Shown: positions 10,596 to 21,148, counted from the stretch's first letter. The stretch: DNA of 64,000 bases from Patescibacteria group bacterium (GCA_035529375.1 DATKWU010000017.1:2579-66578); one strand, 5' to 3'. A program made the numbers and translations. The notes: generated by a model from the sequence alone, not told the origin.

Positions 10596-12953
10596 ATGAA
10601 GATGATTAGGAAACATGGTTTAGGCAGGTTGAATCCTACGGCTCGGCTGGTCTTTTTCGTTGTAGTCAGCCTGGCAGCAACAATCGTCCATTCGTGGCCA
10701 GGGGTAATCTTTTTCCTGCTTCTTGGAATCGTTCTTCTCGCTGCAGGAAGAAAGTGCCCTAAGTCATCGATCATCACCCTTGTCAACGTTTTCATCCTTA
10801 CGGTGGCAGGTAATGCCCTTTTTGCTAAAGAAGGCAAGATTCTCTTTTCTTTTTTCGCCTTTCGTCTGTCACCTGAGAGTCTCGAAAAAGGCCTTTTGTT
10901 GGGTTGTCGAATTGTGGCGATGATTCTAAGTGCGGTCGCCTTTGCAGTGGCTACCCCAATGTATGAGTTTCTTCCTGCCGTTCGTGGCCTGCGGATTCGT
11001 AATTGGAGGATTCCCTTAGTAGCTGAACTCTATCTAATGGTCTTGCTTAGGTACGTCGAGGTCACTTGGTATGAGATCAAGCAGACCATGAAAGCGATGC
11101 TTATCAGGGGTGTCCAATTTGAGGGTTCGCCAATCAAAAAAATAATGGCTTTCAGGCAATTGATGATTCCGATGTTCTACAGAATTATCAATCATATCAG
11201 TGGTCAGGCGCTGGCAATCGACAGCCGTGGTAGTGTGAGGGCGGTTTCCGCTAAAGGGAAAATCGAAAAACAAGATCCGGCAGTTTCTATGGAGCAGGTT
11301 TCAGTGACCTATGATCTTAGCGATATAGAGGGAGAGAAGCTTCTAGCCCTAAGAGGGATAAACCTGACCATTCGGTCAGGCGAGACTTGTGCCCTCATGG
11401 GAGAAACAGGATCAGGTAGATCAACGGCCTCACTTCTTTGCTGTGGTCTGATTCCAATGAGTATCGGTCGAATGGCCGGAGAAGTGAAAATCTTTGGCTA
11501 CGATACTAAGCGGGCAGATCCATCGCTTTTGTCTAACCTGAGTCGGATTGTCTTTCCTTCGGCAATCCAAGGATTGGTCGGTTTGACTGTGGAGGATGAG
11601 CTTCTCCTTAGCCTACGACCAACATCAATTCCAAAAGAAGAATATGGTCGGGTAATGATTGAAGCGCTTGAGAGAGTTGGCTTGGATTCAGTTTTCTTGA
11701 ATCGCTTGACGTTGAGTTTATCAGGTGGCGAGATGCAACGGGTTGCTTTAGCATCCGCTATCATTGCCCAACCACCAATCTTGGTGCTTGATGACGTTTC
11801 GGCTCAACTTGATCCCAGAGCAAGACGAGAGGTAGCAACAACTCTTCTAGCTCTTAGGGAAACAATTGAAACGATTATTCTGACAGATCCATCGATCACC
11901 GTCTTACCGATAAACAAGTATGTTTTCCTTGAAGGTGGTCGAGTCAACCAGATCGTTTCTAAAGCAGGATCTGAATTGCTAGAAAGGGCACATGTGAGAA
12001 TTCCCCAATTACAAAAACTTGGGGATGTCCTAGGAGAGTCATTCGGGAGTATGGAAGAGGCAGTTGAGATGTTGAAAGGAGGAAAATCAGAAATCTGTTT
12101 CCGTAAAGAAGCGGGTAACTCTCCGAAAAACAGAGTGGTTCTAGAAGCAAAAGACATAACCTTCTCGTACGAGGCTAGTCTCGAACCGGCCATTCGGGGT
12201 TTGAGCACAGAGTTTCGAGGTGGCGAATTAACAGCCATTCTCGGCGCAAATGGTTCGGGTAAAACCACATTGGGGTTGATTCTAGCTCAAGCATACAAGC
12301 CCGAAATTGGCCAGATCCTAATCAACGGTGAACAAGTGAATTCGAAGATGCGGGGAGAGATTGGTTACGTTTTCCAGGAGCCAATGAGCCAGATGCTCAC
12401 ATTGACTGTTTTAGACGAACTAGCTTTCGGACCACATCAACTTGGATGGAGGAAAGAGGAGATTAAGGAATCTGTTGATGACGTAGCTCAAATCTTCAGT
12501 CTTCCTCTGAAAGAGAATCTGATGGATCTTAGTCCGGCCCAGTCGCGGCAGTTGGCCATAGGCTCAATCCTGACCATGAAACCTAAGGTGCTCATCTTAG
12601 ATGAGCCGACTAACAGTCTTGACGAGATGGAAGCTGTTAGATTAATGAGGATTTTGGAGGATCTACGAGCGAATGGGATGACGATCATCCTCATCACCCA
12701 CGATGTTGAATTAGCAGTTCAGTACGCTGATCGCATTATGGTCATGAAAGAGGGATCAATTCTCATTGATGGTTCGACTCGTCAGGTGATGTCAAAACCA
12801 GAGATTCTTATTAGAAGCGAGGTAACAGTACCTGATATCACTGACCTTTCTTTAAGGCTTTGGCCTCAAGAATTGCCAGCCCTCACTGTTGAGGAGATGG
12901 TCCAGATGTTATCTATTCACAATCATGTGTTTAGCCCCAGTAATTCTCGATGA
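10596..12953 (+). CDS. ECF transporter T component fused to two ABC ATPase domains
   Basis: N-terminal CbiQ-like (LNPTARL, IRG, SRG); [14 protein letters not shown]; [18 protein letters not shown]. Confidence 0.88.
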   Translation: MKMIRKHGLGRLNPTARLVFFVVVSLAATIVHSWPGVIFFLLLGIVLLAAGRKCPKSSIITLVNVFILTVAGNALFAKEGKILFSFFAFRLSPESLEKGLLLGCRIVAMILSAVAFAVATPMYEFLPAVRGLRIRNWRIPLVAELYLMVLLRYVEVTWYEIKQTMKAMLIRGVQFEGSPIKKIMAFRQLMIPMFYRIINHISGQALAIDSRGSVRAVSAKGKIEKQDPAVSMEQVSVTYDLSDIEGEKLLALRGINLTIRSGETCALMGETGSGRSTASLLCCGLIPMSIGRMAGEVKIFGYDTKRADPSLLSNLSRIVFPSAIQGLVGLTVEDELLLSLRPTSIPKEEYGRVMIEALERVGLDSVFLNRLTLSLSGGEMQRVALASAIIAQPPILVLDDVSAQLDPRARREVATTLLALRETIETIILTDPSITVLPINKYVFLEGGRVNQIVSKAGSELLERAHVRIPQLQKLGDVLGESFGSMEEAVEMLKGGKSEICFRKEAGNSPKNRVVLEAKDITFSYEASLEPAIRGLSTEFRGGELTAILGANGSGKTTLGLILAQAYKPEIGQILINGEQVNSKMRGEIGYVFQEPMSQMLTLTVLDELAFGPHQLGWRKEEIKESVDDVAQIFSLPLKENLMDLSPAQSRQLAIGSILTMKPKVLILDEPTNSLDEMEAVRLMRILEDLRANGMTIILITHDVELAVQYADRIMVMKEGSILIDGSTRQVMSKPEILIRSEVTVPDITDLSLRLWPQELPALTVEEMVQMLSIHNHVFSPSNSR

Positions 12954-12980
12954 CGAGACTCTTACTGGGGCTTTTTGTTT
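12932..12980 (+). terminator. intrinsic terminator ending ECF operon
   Basis: agccccagtaa...ttactggggct ttttgttt. Confidence 0.7.
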
Positions 12981-13017
12981 CTTCCTTTTTGTCTCTATTT
13001 CTGTTAGAATTCGCTAT

Positions 13018-13422
13018 ATGGCCAATCAAATTAAAATTGATAAGACAACTTTAAATGTTGGTGATACGATTGTTGTCTATCAGAAAATTCAAGAAGAAAA
13101 AAAGATGCGAACCCAGCCGTTTGAAGGGATTGTCATTCGCATCAAAGGGCAGGGAGATAACAAAACTTTTACGGTCAGAAAGATAGCCGCCGCCAATATC
13201 GGTGTGGAAAGAATTTGGCCAGTTAACTCTCCTTGGATTGAGAAGATTGAAATTAAGCGAAGAGGCAAAGTCAGACGAGCCAAGCTTTACTACTTAAGAG
13301 ACAGGATCGGGAAAAAAGCCGTTAAGGTGAAAGAGAGAAAAGAAAAGAAAACTGGCGCTGAACAGAAGAAAGTTCGAAAAACAGCAAGAAAAACTAACAA
13401 ACAAACTCTTAAAAAGAAATAA
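13018..13422 (+). CDS. rplS: 50S ribosomal protein L19
   Basis: [37 protein letters not shown]; ATG 13018. Confidence 0.96.
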   Translation: MANQIKIDKTTLNVGDTIVVYQKIQEEKKMRTQPFEGIVIRIKGQGDNKTFTVRKIAAANIGVERIWPVNSPWIEKIEIKRRGKVRRAKLYYLRDRIGKKAVKVKERKEKKTGAEQKKVRKTARKTNKQTLKKK

Positions 13423-13458
13423 ATTTTAAAACTGGTTGCAAAGTTAGTTAGAATTGTT

Positions 13459-14640
13459 ATGATTAATCTTGTGAAAAAACTAAAATTTCTTATTGCCTTT
13501 TTTATAATTATCTCTACTTTTTTCTTTTTTGCTAATCCTGTTTTGGCTCAAGAGACTCAAGAATTCAGTAATATCGTGGTTAAAAAAGGGGAGGTAATTG
13601 ATCACGATTTTTTTGCTGCCGGTAGCACTGTCACTATTTCTGGTGTTGTTAATGGTGATGTTTTTGCGGCTGGAGGTATTCTTGTTGTTGACGGCATTAT
13701 TAATGGTGATCTTTTAGCTGGTGCCGGGACAATAAATCTCTTAGGCAGGGTTAGTGATGATGTCAGGGTCGGTGGTGGAACACTTTTTGTTAATGGCGAG
13801 ATTGGTAAAAATTTAACTGTTGGTGGTGGCAATATTAATATTGCTGAAGGAGCCAGAATCGGCGGAAGCTTACTAGGTTTTGGTGGTGCTTTTGATATTC
13901 GAGGACCAATCGGAAAAGATGTCAATCTTTTCGCTGGACAAGCGACGGTTACCAGTCAGATTAACGGTAATCTCAAAGGATCAATAGAAAAACTGGTTTT
14001 GAGTTCTGAAGCTCAAATTTTAGGGGATTTAGAATATGAAAGTCCTCAAAAAGCCGACATTGATGAGAGGGCCTTGATTATTGGCAAAACAACTTTCAAA
14101 CCTTCTGAAACAAGAAAGCCAGAGAGTTTTAAGTCCTGGACATTCAAAGGTTGGAAGATTTTTAATCTTTTTTGGTTGGGTTTTTATATTAAGTTATCGG
14201 CTTTCATTATTGCTTTTCTTTTTGGTCTAGTCTTTCTTTATTTGTTTCCTAAAAGGATTGAGGCGATTACTAAAATTCTTAAAAATCGGCCTTGGCCAAG
14301 CCTTGGTGCTGGTTTTTTAGCCTTAATTTTGTTTGTTCCTTCAGTCATTCTCCTAGCCATAAGTTTGATTGGTATTCCCTTAATTCTTATATTTATTCCG
14401 GTTTTTCTCTTTTTAATTTATTTCAGCAAGATTTTTACGGCTCTTTGTTTGGGTAGAGAAGTTCTTTTTCGCTTTAATTCAAAGAAAAGTCAAGTTTGGG
14501 CGCTCTTAATTGGTTTATTGATTTACTATTTTCTGAGATTAATTCCTATTGTTAGTCCAATAATTGCTTTTGGCTTTATCAGTGCTGGTTTAGGCGCCTT
14601 TCTCCTTGATCAAAAATCACTCCGAACTTCAAAAAAATAA
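13459..14640 (+). CDS. polymer-forming/bactofilin-like beta-helix membrane protein
   Basis: signal peptide, repeated G-x-I-x-G-D motifs, C-terminal TM bundle. Confidence 0.75.
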   Translation: MINLVKKLKFLIAFFIIISTFFFFANPVLAQETQEFSNIVVKKGEVIDHDFFAAGSTVTISGVVNGDVFAAGGILVVDGIINGDLLAGAGTINLLGRVSDDVRVGGGTLFVNGEIGKNLTVGGGNINIAEGARIGGSLLGFGGAFDIRGPIGKDVNLFAGQATVTSQINGNLKGSIEKLVLSSEAQILGDLEYESPQKADIDERALIIGKTTFKPSETRKPESFKSWTFKGWKIFNLFWLGFYIKLSAFIIAFLFGLVFLYLFPKRIEAITKILKNRPWPSLGAGFLALILFVPSVILLAISLIGIPLILIFIPVFLFLIYFSKIFTALCLGREVLFRFNSKKSQVWALLIGLLIYYFLRLIPIVSPIIAFGFISAGLGAFLLDQKSLRTSKK

Positions 14641-14685
14641 GACTTTCTGTCTTTTGTTTTTTTATTTCTGTTATAATGAATCAAG

Positions 14686-14853
14686 ATGCTGCCTATTTTA
14701 ATCAAAGTCGTTATTCTAGTTATCATTCTTCTGGTTGCTTTAAAGGCGCTGAAGATTGTCTTTATTCCTGTTAAAATTCTTAAATTAATTATCTTGGCGA
14801 TTGTTGTCATTGTCTTATTACTTCTTACTCAGGATTTTTTTGGTATTTTTTAG
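14686..14853 (+). CDS. small 55-aa two-TM membrane protein (not in ORF track)
   Basis: MLPILIKVVILVIILLVALK...DFFGIF*; TATAAT at 14672-14677 (leaderless). Confidence 0.6.
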   Translation: MLPILIKVVILVIILLVALKALKIVFIPVKILKLIILAIVVIVLLLLTQDFFGIF

Positions 14854-14913
14854 AGAAGAAAGAATAGAGCTTGACAAGGAATAGTTTTTCCTTTTATAAA
14901 TATAAATAGAGTA

Positions 14914-15540
14914 ATGAAGAAAATTGGTTTCCTTTTAATTGCTTTCCTTTTGTTTTTCTTTTTAAGCCCCCGGGTTCTGGCTGAATGTACTACTTGCGCT
15001 CCTGCTCAAGTTCAACAAGAAACCCAGGAAGAAGTAGGGAATCAAGAGATAGAAAACAATCCGTCTTTGGGTGAGTTAAGAAGGAATGTTATTGAGAAAA
15101 GAGAAACGATTAGGGAACGGATTGAGGAGCGTCGGGCAACCATGGCAGCTCGGTTAGCTGAGCAGAAAAGAGAAAGAGTGAGAACCTTTTTTGGTCGTTT
15201 AACCCAGAGATTTCAAACTGCTATTAACCGTTTGGAAAGGCTGATTGCCCGAATGGAATCAAGGTTAGCCAAGATAGAAGAGAATGACGAAGAAATTGAG
15301 ACAGTCGAGATAAGGGAAAGTCTGGATAAGGCTAAAGATAAACTAGCTGAAGCCAGTGCTGCTTTATCAGAAGCCAAAACAAGCGTTGAAGACATTCTTA
15401 ATGGTGGTAATCCTCAAGAAATGTTTCAAGAAGTAAGAGATTTGCTTAAGGGGATTAAGGATGAGTTAATCGAAGTCCACCGTATTTTAGTTCAGGTTAT
15501 TGGCGATATGAGAGGCCTGCGGGTTGGCCAAGGAGAATAA
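14914..15540 (+). CDS. secreted coiled-coil protein
   Basis: signal peptide, long heptad-rich helices. Confidence 0.7.
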   Translation: MKKIGFLLIAFLLFFFLSPRVLAECTTCAPAQVQQETQEEVGNQEIENNPSLGELRRNVIEKRETIRERIEERRATMAARLAEQKRERVRTFFGRLTQRFQTAINRLERLIARMESRLAKIEENDEEIETVEIRESLDKAKDKLAEASAALSEAKTSVEDILNGGNPQEMFQEVRDLLKGIKDELIEVHRILVQVIGDMRGLRVGQGE

Positions 15541-15541
15541 A

Positions 15542-15916
15542 ATGGAACCAGAAGAAATCACTCAACCAGTTCAAGAACCAACAGTACCACCAGAGCCAGT
15601 GGAGGTCCAGGAAAAGCCAGGCTTAATCAAAAGATTTTGGTTTATTCCCTTAACTTTTATTCTTCTTTTTATTCTCCTAATGGTTGGTTACCTCTTTACT
15701 AATCAGAACTTAGATATTTTTAATTTAGATTTTTTCAAGAAAACACCTCAAGTTAGTCCTACTCCTTCACCGGCAACCGAAAGTGAAACCGCTTCTTTAG
15801 AAAAGCAGGGGACGTCAGATGAGATTTCCGAGATAGAGGCAGATTTAAGTAAAACTGACTTAAGTGATTTAGACAAAGAATTGACTGATATTGAAGAAGA
15901 GCTAACTTCTCCCTAG
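15542..15916 (+). CDS. single-TM hypothetical protein with acidic tail
   Basis: one TM segment, PT-rich linker; ATG 15542 after upstream stop. Confidence 0.65.
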   Translation: MEPEEITQPVQEPTVPPEPVEVQEKPGLIKRFWFIPLTFILLFILLMVGYLFTNQNLDIFNLDFFKKTPQVSPTPSPATESETASLEKQGTSDEISEIEADLSKTDLSDLDKELTDIEEELTSP

Positions 15917-15944
15917 TCTTTTAAAATCTGCTACAATACTATTA

Positions 15945-16313
15945 ATGGAGAAAACAACCAAGGATTTTTTCAAAGCCTTTCCTTTTGCCTTCAATGGCAT
16001 TCTTAGTGTCATTAGAAAAGAAAGAAATATTAAGTTTCACCTTTTAGCTACCTTTTTAGTTGTTCTCCTAGGCTTGTTTTTAGGAATTAGCAAAACCGAA
16101 TGGCTGATTATCGTTCTGATTATTGCTGCCGTTCTAGCCGCAGAGGTTTTTAATTCATCTCTAGAGGGTATTTGCGATCTCTTAAAAGAAGAAAATCATC
16201 TTGATTACCAGAGAACTAAATTTATGAGGGATGCTTCGGCCGGAGCGGTTTTAATCTTAGCCATGGCTTCAGTTGTTATTGGTTTAATTATCTTCCTACC
16301 CTATTTTTTATGA
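15945..16313 (+). CDS. dgkA: diacylglycerol/undecaprenol kinase family
   Basis: ERNIKFH, AEVFNSSLEGICD, DASAGAV. Confidence 0.88.
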   Translation: MEKTTKDFFKAFPFAFNGILSVIRKERNIKFHLLATFLVVLLGLFLGISKTEWLIIVLIIAAVLAAEVFNSSLEGICDLLKEENHLDYQRTKFMRDASAGAVLILAMASVVIGLIIFLPYFL

Positions 16314-16945
16314 GAATTGAGTGTTTAGTTGTTGGTCAACTCCAAACTAACTGTTATCTTATTTGGGACGAAGAAAGTAATAAAGCGATTATCATTGACC
16401 CGGCTGATGACGGCGACTACATTATTCAAAAAATTCGAGATTTTCAACTTAACCCAATTCTGATAGCCAATACCCATGGTCATGTTGACCATGTCTTGGC
16501 GATTACTGAACTTAAATTAGCTTTTAAAATTCCTTTTTTTATGCACCAAAAAGATTTGTTTCTTTTAAAAAATATGAAATCATCAGCCATGTATTGGTTC
16601 GAGATGAATGAGGTTGATCCGCCACCAGAAGTTGACAAGTTTATTAGAGAAGGTGATGAGATTAAATTTGGCAAAGAAAAATTAGAAGTGATTGAAACCC
16701 CAGGTCACTCCCCTGGCGGGGTATCATTTTACAGTAGGGAAGAGGGCGTGCTTTTTTCAGGCGACACTCTTTTCAAACAAGGTATTGGCCGCTATGATTT
16801 CTCCTATGCCTCGAGAGAAGATTTGTTCAAATCAATTAAAAAACTCTTAAAACTCCCGAGTAAAACAATTGTTTATTCAGGCCATGGACCAGAAACAGTA
16901 ATTAACAAAGAAAAAAAAGTTTTAGATTTTTTTAAAGTGTTTTAA
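16310..16945 (+). CDS. MBL-fold hydrolase (glyoxalase II/YcbL-like)
   Basis: THGHVDH, TPGHSPG, FSGDTLF, GHG. Confidence 0.92.
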   Translation: MRIECLVVGQLQTNCYLIWDEESNKAIIIDPADDGDYIIQKIRDFQLNPILIANTHGHVDHVLAITELKLAFKIPFFMHQKDLFLLKNMKSSAMYWFEMNEVDPPPEVDKFIREGDEIKFGKEKLEVIETPGHSPGGVSFYSREEGVLFSGDTLFKQGIGRYDFSYASREDLFKSIKKLLKLPSKTIVYSGHGPETVINKEKKVLDFFKVF

Positions 16946-17002
16946 AAATAAAGAATATTTGTTACACTTAAAAGGATTATTTAGGAAAGGAGGTGAAGAT
17001 TA

Positions 17003-17284
17003 ATGGCTGATAATGACAAACCAGTCGATGACGTTAAACCAGTAAAAGAACTAAAAAAAGACGAAGAAGTAAAAGATGAAGAACCAGAAGTAACTGAAGA
17101 GCCTGCCAGTAGTCCTGCTGCCCCGGCAGACAAAGGAGCTACACCAGCTGGAACAGACCAATCTGGTCGCCAGCTTTACAGCGTAACTTGTGCTACTTGT
17201 GGTAAGCAAACAGAAGTTCCTTTTAAACCATCTGGAGATAGACCTGTTTATTGTCGAGACTGCTATATGAAGCAAAAAGGATAG
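17003..17284 (+). CDS. CxxC-x17-CxxC zinc-binding protein
   Basis: CATCG...VPFKP...PVYCRDCY; strong SD aaaggaggtg. Confidence 0.88.
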   Translation: MADNDKPVDDVKPVKELKKDEEVKDEEPEVTEEPASSPAAPADKGATPAGTDQSGRQLYSVTCATCGKQTEVPFKPSGDRPVYCRDCYMKQKG

Positions 17285-17495
17285 AGACAGGACAGAGAAC
17301 TAAAAAAGTCCCTCAATCAAACCTTAAAAGGCAAAGGATTAAAGTAAATTAACCTCGCTGCGCGGGCGAGTTTGTTGCATCCAAAGTAAATAAGAATAAA
17401 AGAGTTTGGAATACGGTCTTTTCTTTGTTGTGCTCGTCGCTTTCCTTGAAGAGTTTTCCACCTTTTGACTAAAGCCTCCCTAGGACAGACAGGAG

Positions 17496-17873
17496 CTATT
17501 TAATAGCAATCATGCTTATTTCGACTTTAGCTCCAAGCGGAAGTTCTTTTACGCAAACCACTTCTCTTGCAGGATAGGGAGTGGAGAAATAGCTCCCATA
17601 TATCTCGTTTATCTTCCCATAAACTGACATGTCAGTAACATAAACTGTTGACTTGACGACATTCGAAAAGGAAACATCTGCTTCTTCAAGAACGGCTTGA
17701 AGGTTTTTCATTATTTGACGCACTTGTTCCTCTAGGGTACCTTCAAGCAGCTTTCCCTCAGGGGTAAGGTAAATTTGTCCTGAAGTAAAAACTAAATTCC
17801 CATCAATAACAGCTTGAGAAAATGGACCTGTTCCTGGAGAGGCAGCCTTAGAAGTTTCAACCTTTACTTTCAT
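17496..17873 (-). CDS. RidA/YjgF imine deaminase
   Basis: GPFSQA, TSGQI, PAREVV, LPLGAKVEI. Confidence 0.92.
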   Translation of the reverse strand: MKVKVETSKAASPGTGPFSQAVIDGNLVFTSGQIYLTPEGKLLEGTLEEQVRQIMKNLQAVLEEADVSFSNVVKSTVYVTDMSVYGKINEIYGSYFSTPYPAREVVCVKELPLGAKVEISMIAIK

Positions 17874-17896
17874 ATGTCTATTGTATCACATTAAAT

Positions 17897-17992
17897 AAGC
17901 CCTCTATTTCGGGCTTTTTAGAATGTGTGACCCTAAGGGGAGTTCAATTAAACACTTTGGAGTATGTGGTGAAGCTAAGAGAGGTGTTTCAA
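17897..17992 (+). repeat. tRNA-Glu-end cassette junction repeat, copy 1
   Basis: aagccctctatttcgggcttttt-agaatgt-gtgaccc-taaggggagttcaattaaacactttggagtatg. Confidence 0.92.
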
Positions 17993-18059
17993 ACTGATTA
18001 CGATTACAGTTTTCGGTATGATAAAATAAAGGCTAAAGGTTGTTTGTTATAATAAACCA

Positions 18060-18392
18060 ATGAAGAAAACTAGCCATACTTTAAAAGATTTGACTAAATT
18101 GATAATGCATCAAGCTAAAGAAAAAGGGTTCGGAACAAAACCTGAGGAAATAAATGTCCCTGAAAAAATTGCTTTGATTCACAGTGAAATTTCCGAAGCC
18201 TACGAAGCATATAGGAACAAAAAAATTGAAGGCAGGAACGGTTTTAAAGAAGAAATGGGCGATGCAATTCAGAGAATTCTTCATTTAGCAGGAACATTGG
18301 GGATAGATATTGAAGAGGTAATTATTAAGAAGATTAAGAAAAATAAAGGAAGAAAATGGAATTGGGAAAAACTAAATGAAAAGCATGTATAA
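18060..18392 (+). CDS. MazG-like NTP pyrophosphohydrolase (cassette A)
   Basis: ALIHSEISEAYEA...EEMGD; TATAAT just upstream of ATG. Confidence 0.82.
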   Translation: MKKTSHTLKDLTKLIMHQAKEKGFGTKPEEINVPEKIALIHSEISEAYEAYRNKKIEGRNGFKEEMGDAIQRILHLAGTLGIDIEEVIIKKIKKNKGRKWNWEKLNEKHV

Positions 18393-18439
18393 GTAACTTC
18401 AAAGTTGTTCTAAGTCGTTTTATAAGTTCTATAAACAAA

Positions 18440-18536
18440 AAGCCCTCTATTTCGGGCTTTTATTTGTTTGGTGACCCCGAGGGGAGTTCAATTAAACACT
18501 TTGGAGTATGTTATGAGATTCAAGAAAATTTTTCAG
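18440..18536 (+). repeat. tRNA-Glu-end cassette junction repeat, copy 2
   Basis: same motif; tggtgaccccgagggga is the tRNA 3' end with CCA. Confidence 0.92.
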
Positions 18537-18600
18537 TCTCGTTCAAATGATGTTGCTGCTTTTTATTCTGTTTGTTGAAGTGCTAGTGTAAAATATTACT

Positions 18601-18987
18601 GTGTCTAAAGAAACCTGCTTGTTCTGCGATAGGAATAACCCAGAAAAACATACCATAATAAGTGAAAATGATTTGTTCTATGGAAGATGGGATAACTTCC
18701 CCGTCTCAGATGGGCATGCAGAAATTGTTCCCAAAAGACACGTTGAATCACTTTTCGAACTAACAGATAATGAGTTAGTTCAATTGTTTGATTTACTTAA
18801 AAAAGTAAAAGATATTATTCAAGATAAATACAGTCCTGATGCTTTTAATATTGGAATAAATGAAGGAGAAGAAGCGGGGAGAACTATTCACCATCTTCAT
18901 GTGCATATTATTCCAAGATATAAAGGTGACGTAGAAAACCCAAGAGGCGGTATAAGACACGTGATTTCAGGGAAAGGAAACTACTAA
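18601..18987 (+). CDS. HIT-family hydrolase (cassette B)
   Basis: CLFC, FPVSDGH, HHLHVHIIPR. Confidence 0.93.
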   Translation: MSKETCLFCDRNNPEKHTIISENDLFYGRWDNFPVSDGHAEIVPKRHVESLFELTDNELVQLFDLLKKVKDIIQDKYSPDAFNIGINEGEEAGRTIHHLHVHIIPRYKGDVENPRGGIRHVISGKGNY

Positions 18988-18988
18988 A

Positions 18989-19084
18989 AAGCCCTTTATT
19001 TCGGAATATTTTGATAGTGTGACCCCGAGGGGAGTTCAATTAAACACCTTGGAGTATGTAGTGAGGTTGAGGGAGGTGTTTCAA
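18989..19084 (+). repeat. tRNA-Glu-end cassette junction repeat, copy 3
   Basis: gtgaccccgaggggagttcaattaaacaccttggagtatg; abuts HIT stop codon. Confidence 0.92.
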
Positions 19085-19132
19085 GTGAGTTCTGGAGCCG
19101 AAGCCTTCTTTTTAGGTTAACAATAAAAACCA

Positions 19133-19669
19133 CTACTTTTTCGTGTTAAACCTACTTAGGATAGTATTTAATTCGGGTCTTAATAGGGCTATTGTATAAG
19201 CTCCCGTATGACCAGGAGACTTTACAAAGTAAATAGTTCTAACCTCTGCCTCACTGAAAAAAGGCCAAGGGAAGTCTCTTCTATTCCTTGTTAATATTAA
19301 AGAATTCGTTAATATTGATGTTGTGGCAATAATTATATCTCCCATATCAATATTACTCTTAAGCATTTTATCATTTCTGAACAAAGTGTATAGTTGAGCT
19401 GATCCAATCAAAACTTGTTCGCTAATGAAATATCTGTTGAAATTTTTAAGGAATTTAAATATCTCGTTTTCTTGTTTTTTGGTGGTATTCCTAAGTATTT
19501 CATGAACAGAAACATCTGAAATTGCCATCCCAAAGCCTCTCCTCATCAATTCAGTAATATATGCAATAAAACTAGTAGCGGTTGGCATTCTTCCGGTGTA
19601 TTGGAGGATGTTTGTATCTAAAATGACGAACTGATCTGGAAGTTTTGGTTGAGATGGCTTTTCATTCAT
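19133..19669 (-). CDS. PIN-domain (VapC-like) ribonuclease
   Basis: VILDTNIL, GDIIIAT, ILTRNRRDF. Confidence 0.85.
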   Translation of the reverse strand: MNEKPSQPKLPDQFVILDTNILQYTGRMPTATSFIAYITELMRRGFGMAISDVSVHEILRNTTKKQENEIFKFLKNFNRYFISEQVLIGSAQLYTLFRNDKMLKSNIDMGDIIIATTSILTNSLILTRNRRDFPWPFFSEAEVRTIYFVKSPGHTGAYTIALLRPELNTILSRFNTKK

Positions 19670-19898
19670 TTTGTTCTTGGTCAGGATGCTTGGGCTCTTG
19701 GGGTAAAGGAATTATTTCGTCTTCTACCGCTTTTTCCATTTCGCTAATAATTTCTTTAGATGGTGTTACCGTTCCACTACTCGGAATAGAAGTGCTATTT
19801 ATGTCTGTTTTCCCTTTTGGCGGAATAGAAATTGATGCCTCAGGGGGCTTTTCTGGAAATACTTTTTCGCCTTTTGGTTTTGGTTGTGTGTCGTCCAT
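19662..19898 (-). CDS. small disordered acidic protein upstream of PIN gene (possible antitoxin)
   Basis: overlaps PIN start by 8 nt; P/E/S-rich. Confidence 0.45.
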   Translation of the reverse strand: MDDTQPKPKGEKVFPEKPPEASISIPPKGKTDINSTSIPSSGTVTPSKEIISEMEKAVEDEIIPLPQEPKHPDQEQNE

Positions 19899-19933
19899 AA
19901 GTTAATTCTATCATAAATTAGTATAATTAGCCT

Positions 19934-20080
19934 GTGAAGTTGACCTTTAAGCAAAGACTGTTTATTGCGAATTATCTGAAGACTGGCAATGCTACTAAGG
20001 CAGCAGCCAGGGCCTACAATGTTAAAAGCAGGAACGTAGCTGGCGAGTATAGACGCTATTCGAACCTATTTAGTCAGTAA
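19934..20080 (+). pseudogene. phage terminase small subunit N-terminal fragment
   Basis: MKLTFKQRLFIANYLKTGNATKAAARAY matches TerS HTH; broken at GCTG junction 20039. Confidence 0.7.
20039..20071 (+). repeat. GCTG-core junction, arm type 1
   Basis: gctggcgagtatagacgctattcgaacctatt; related copies at 21783 and 22863. Confidence 0.85.
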
Positions 20081-20544
20081 TATTAGTTATTAATTTATCT
20101 ACTTTCCTTTTTATCAGAATAAAAATATTTTCTGAGAGTTTTAGGTATTCTATCTCCCTTTTTATGTCTAAGGGCTTCCCATTAAGATTAGCGTCATCAA
20201 AGTCAGGTAAATCCCAGATTTTATACTTCTTAGGGGTGGAAAGTTTGCTTCGGCAATACTCATAATTCTTTTTACCAATAAAAACAACAAGGTCAGCTTT
20301 TAAAAGTTGGTTATTGCTTGTTTCTTTCCATTCATTACTCATATAGGGAATTAATTTATTTCTGTTTGTCAATCGTTGGGCGTACCATGTTATCGGTCCC
20401 TTATGTTGGGCCGATGCTTGTGTACCACTGGAGGATACAAAGATACTAGGGATTTTTTTTAGAACGCAAATATGCTTCGGCAAGCCTACTTCGGAATATA
20501 TTTCCCGTACAAACGAAGTGAATATGAAATGCTTTATTTTTCAT
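20070..20544 (-). pseudogene. LMW-PTP/ArsC-family protein, frameshifted in an A8 run
   Basis: MKNKAFHIHFVCTGNIFRSRLAEAY (CX5R) in one frame; SSSGT...WDLPD in another; removing one base at 20453-20460 joins them. Confidence 0.8.
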
Positions 20545-20559
20545 AGGTTAAGTTTATAA

Positions 20560-20596
20560 GCTGAGCTCCTCGGTCTGGACCCGTTTTATCCCGTAG
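20560..20596 (+). repeat. GCTG-core junction, arm type 2
   Basis: gctgagctcctcggtctggacccgttttatcccgtag; related copy at 21161. Confidence 0.7.
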
Positions 20597-21126
20597 CTAT
20601 TTCTTCTTTTTCTGGCTAGCTTTCGTACCATCAGAAAAGGTTGCTTCTAGCTTGGTAAAAACATTCGTAGGGTGCAAATCTCTTTGATCAAAAGCTAGTC
20701 TCTTTATGCCTGGCTCAACGAATATTTGTGTTTTTTTCTTTTCCCTTTTTCTCCGGCATATACGACGAGTCGTAAACCTACTTTTGATTTAGTCAGTAAA
20801 GAGGTAACAAAATATTTATTGTCTTTTGAGGATATTTTTTCCTCTGCTATTGGCAAAGCTTCATCGTCGAGATTGATAAATTTCATATTTTTATAAATTC
20901 TGGAGTTTAATTTTCTCTTTACATATTTTTTCTCATCATGATATTCCCTTGGAAGAGAGTAAATTTTTTTACACTCCTCGCACTTGAGTTTGTGTGTATA
21001 TATTTCTCCTTCTTCATAATAGGGTTCGAGTTGAAGAAAATCTTTTGGGCACAACGGCACGGGGTTTCGCGAAACCTTTCCGATAACCCATTTTATTTTG
21101 TCAATTATTATTCCTTGATCTGCCAT
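20597..21126 (-). pseudogene. hypothetical Zn-finger-like protein, apparent frameshift in A-rich tract near 20735
   Basis: CPKD..CEEC; alternate frame continues KTQIFVEPGIKRLAFDQRDLHP...KKKK* to 20597. Confidence 0.55.
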
Positions 21127-21148
21127 TTATTAGTAAATAATAATTAAT

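Noticed and set aside
12889-13017. N-terminal extension of L19
   Set aside because: It overlaps the ECF gene end and terminator; L19 homology begins at ATG 13018.
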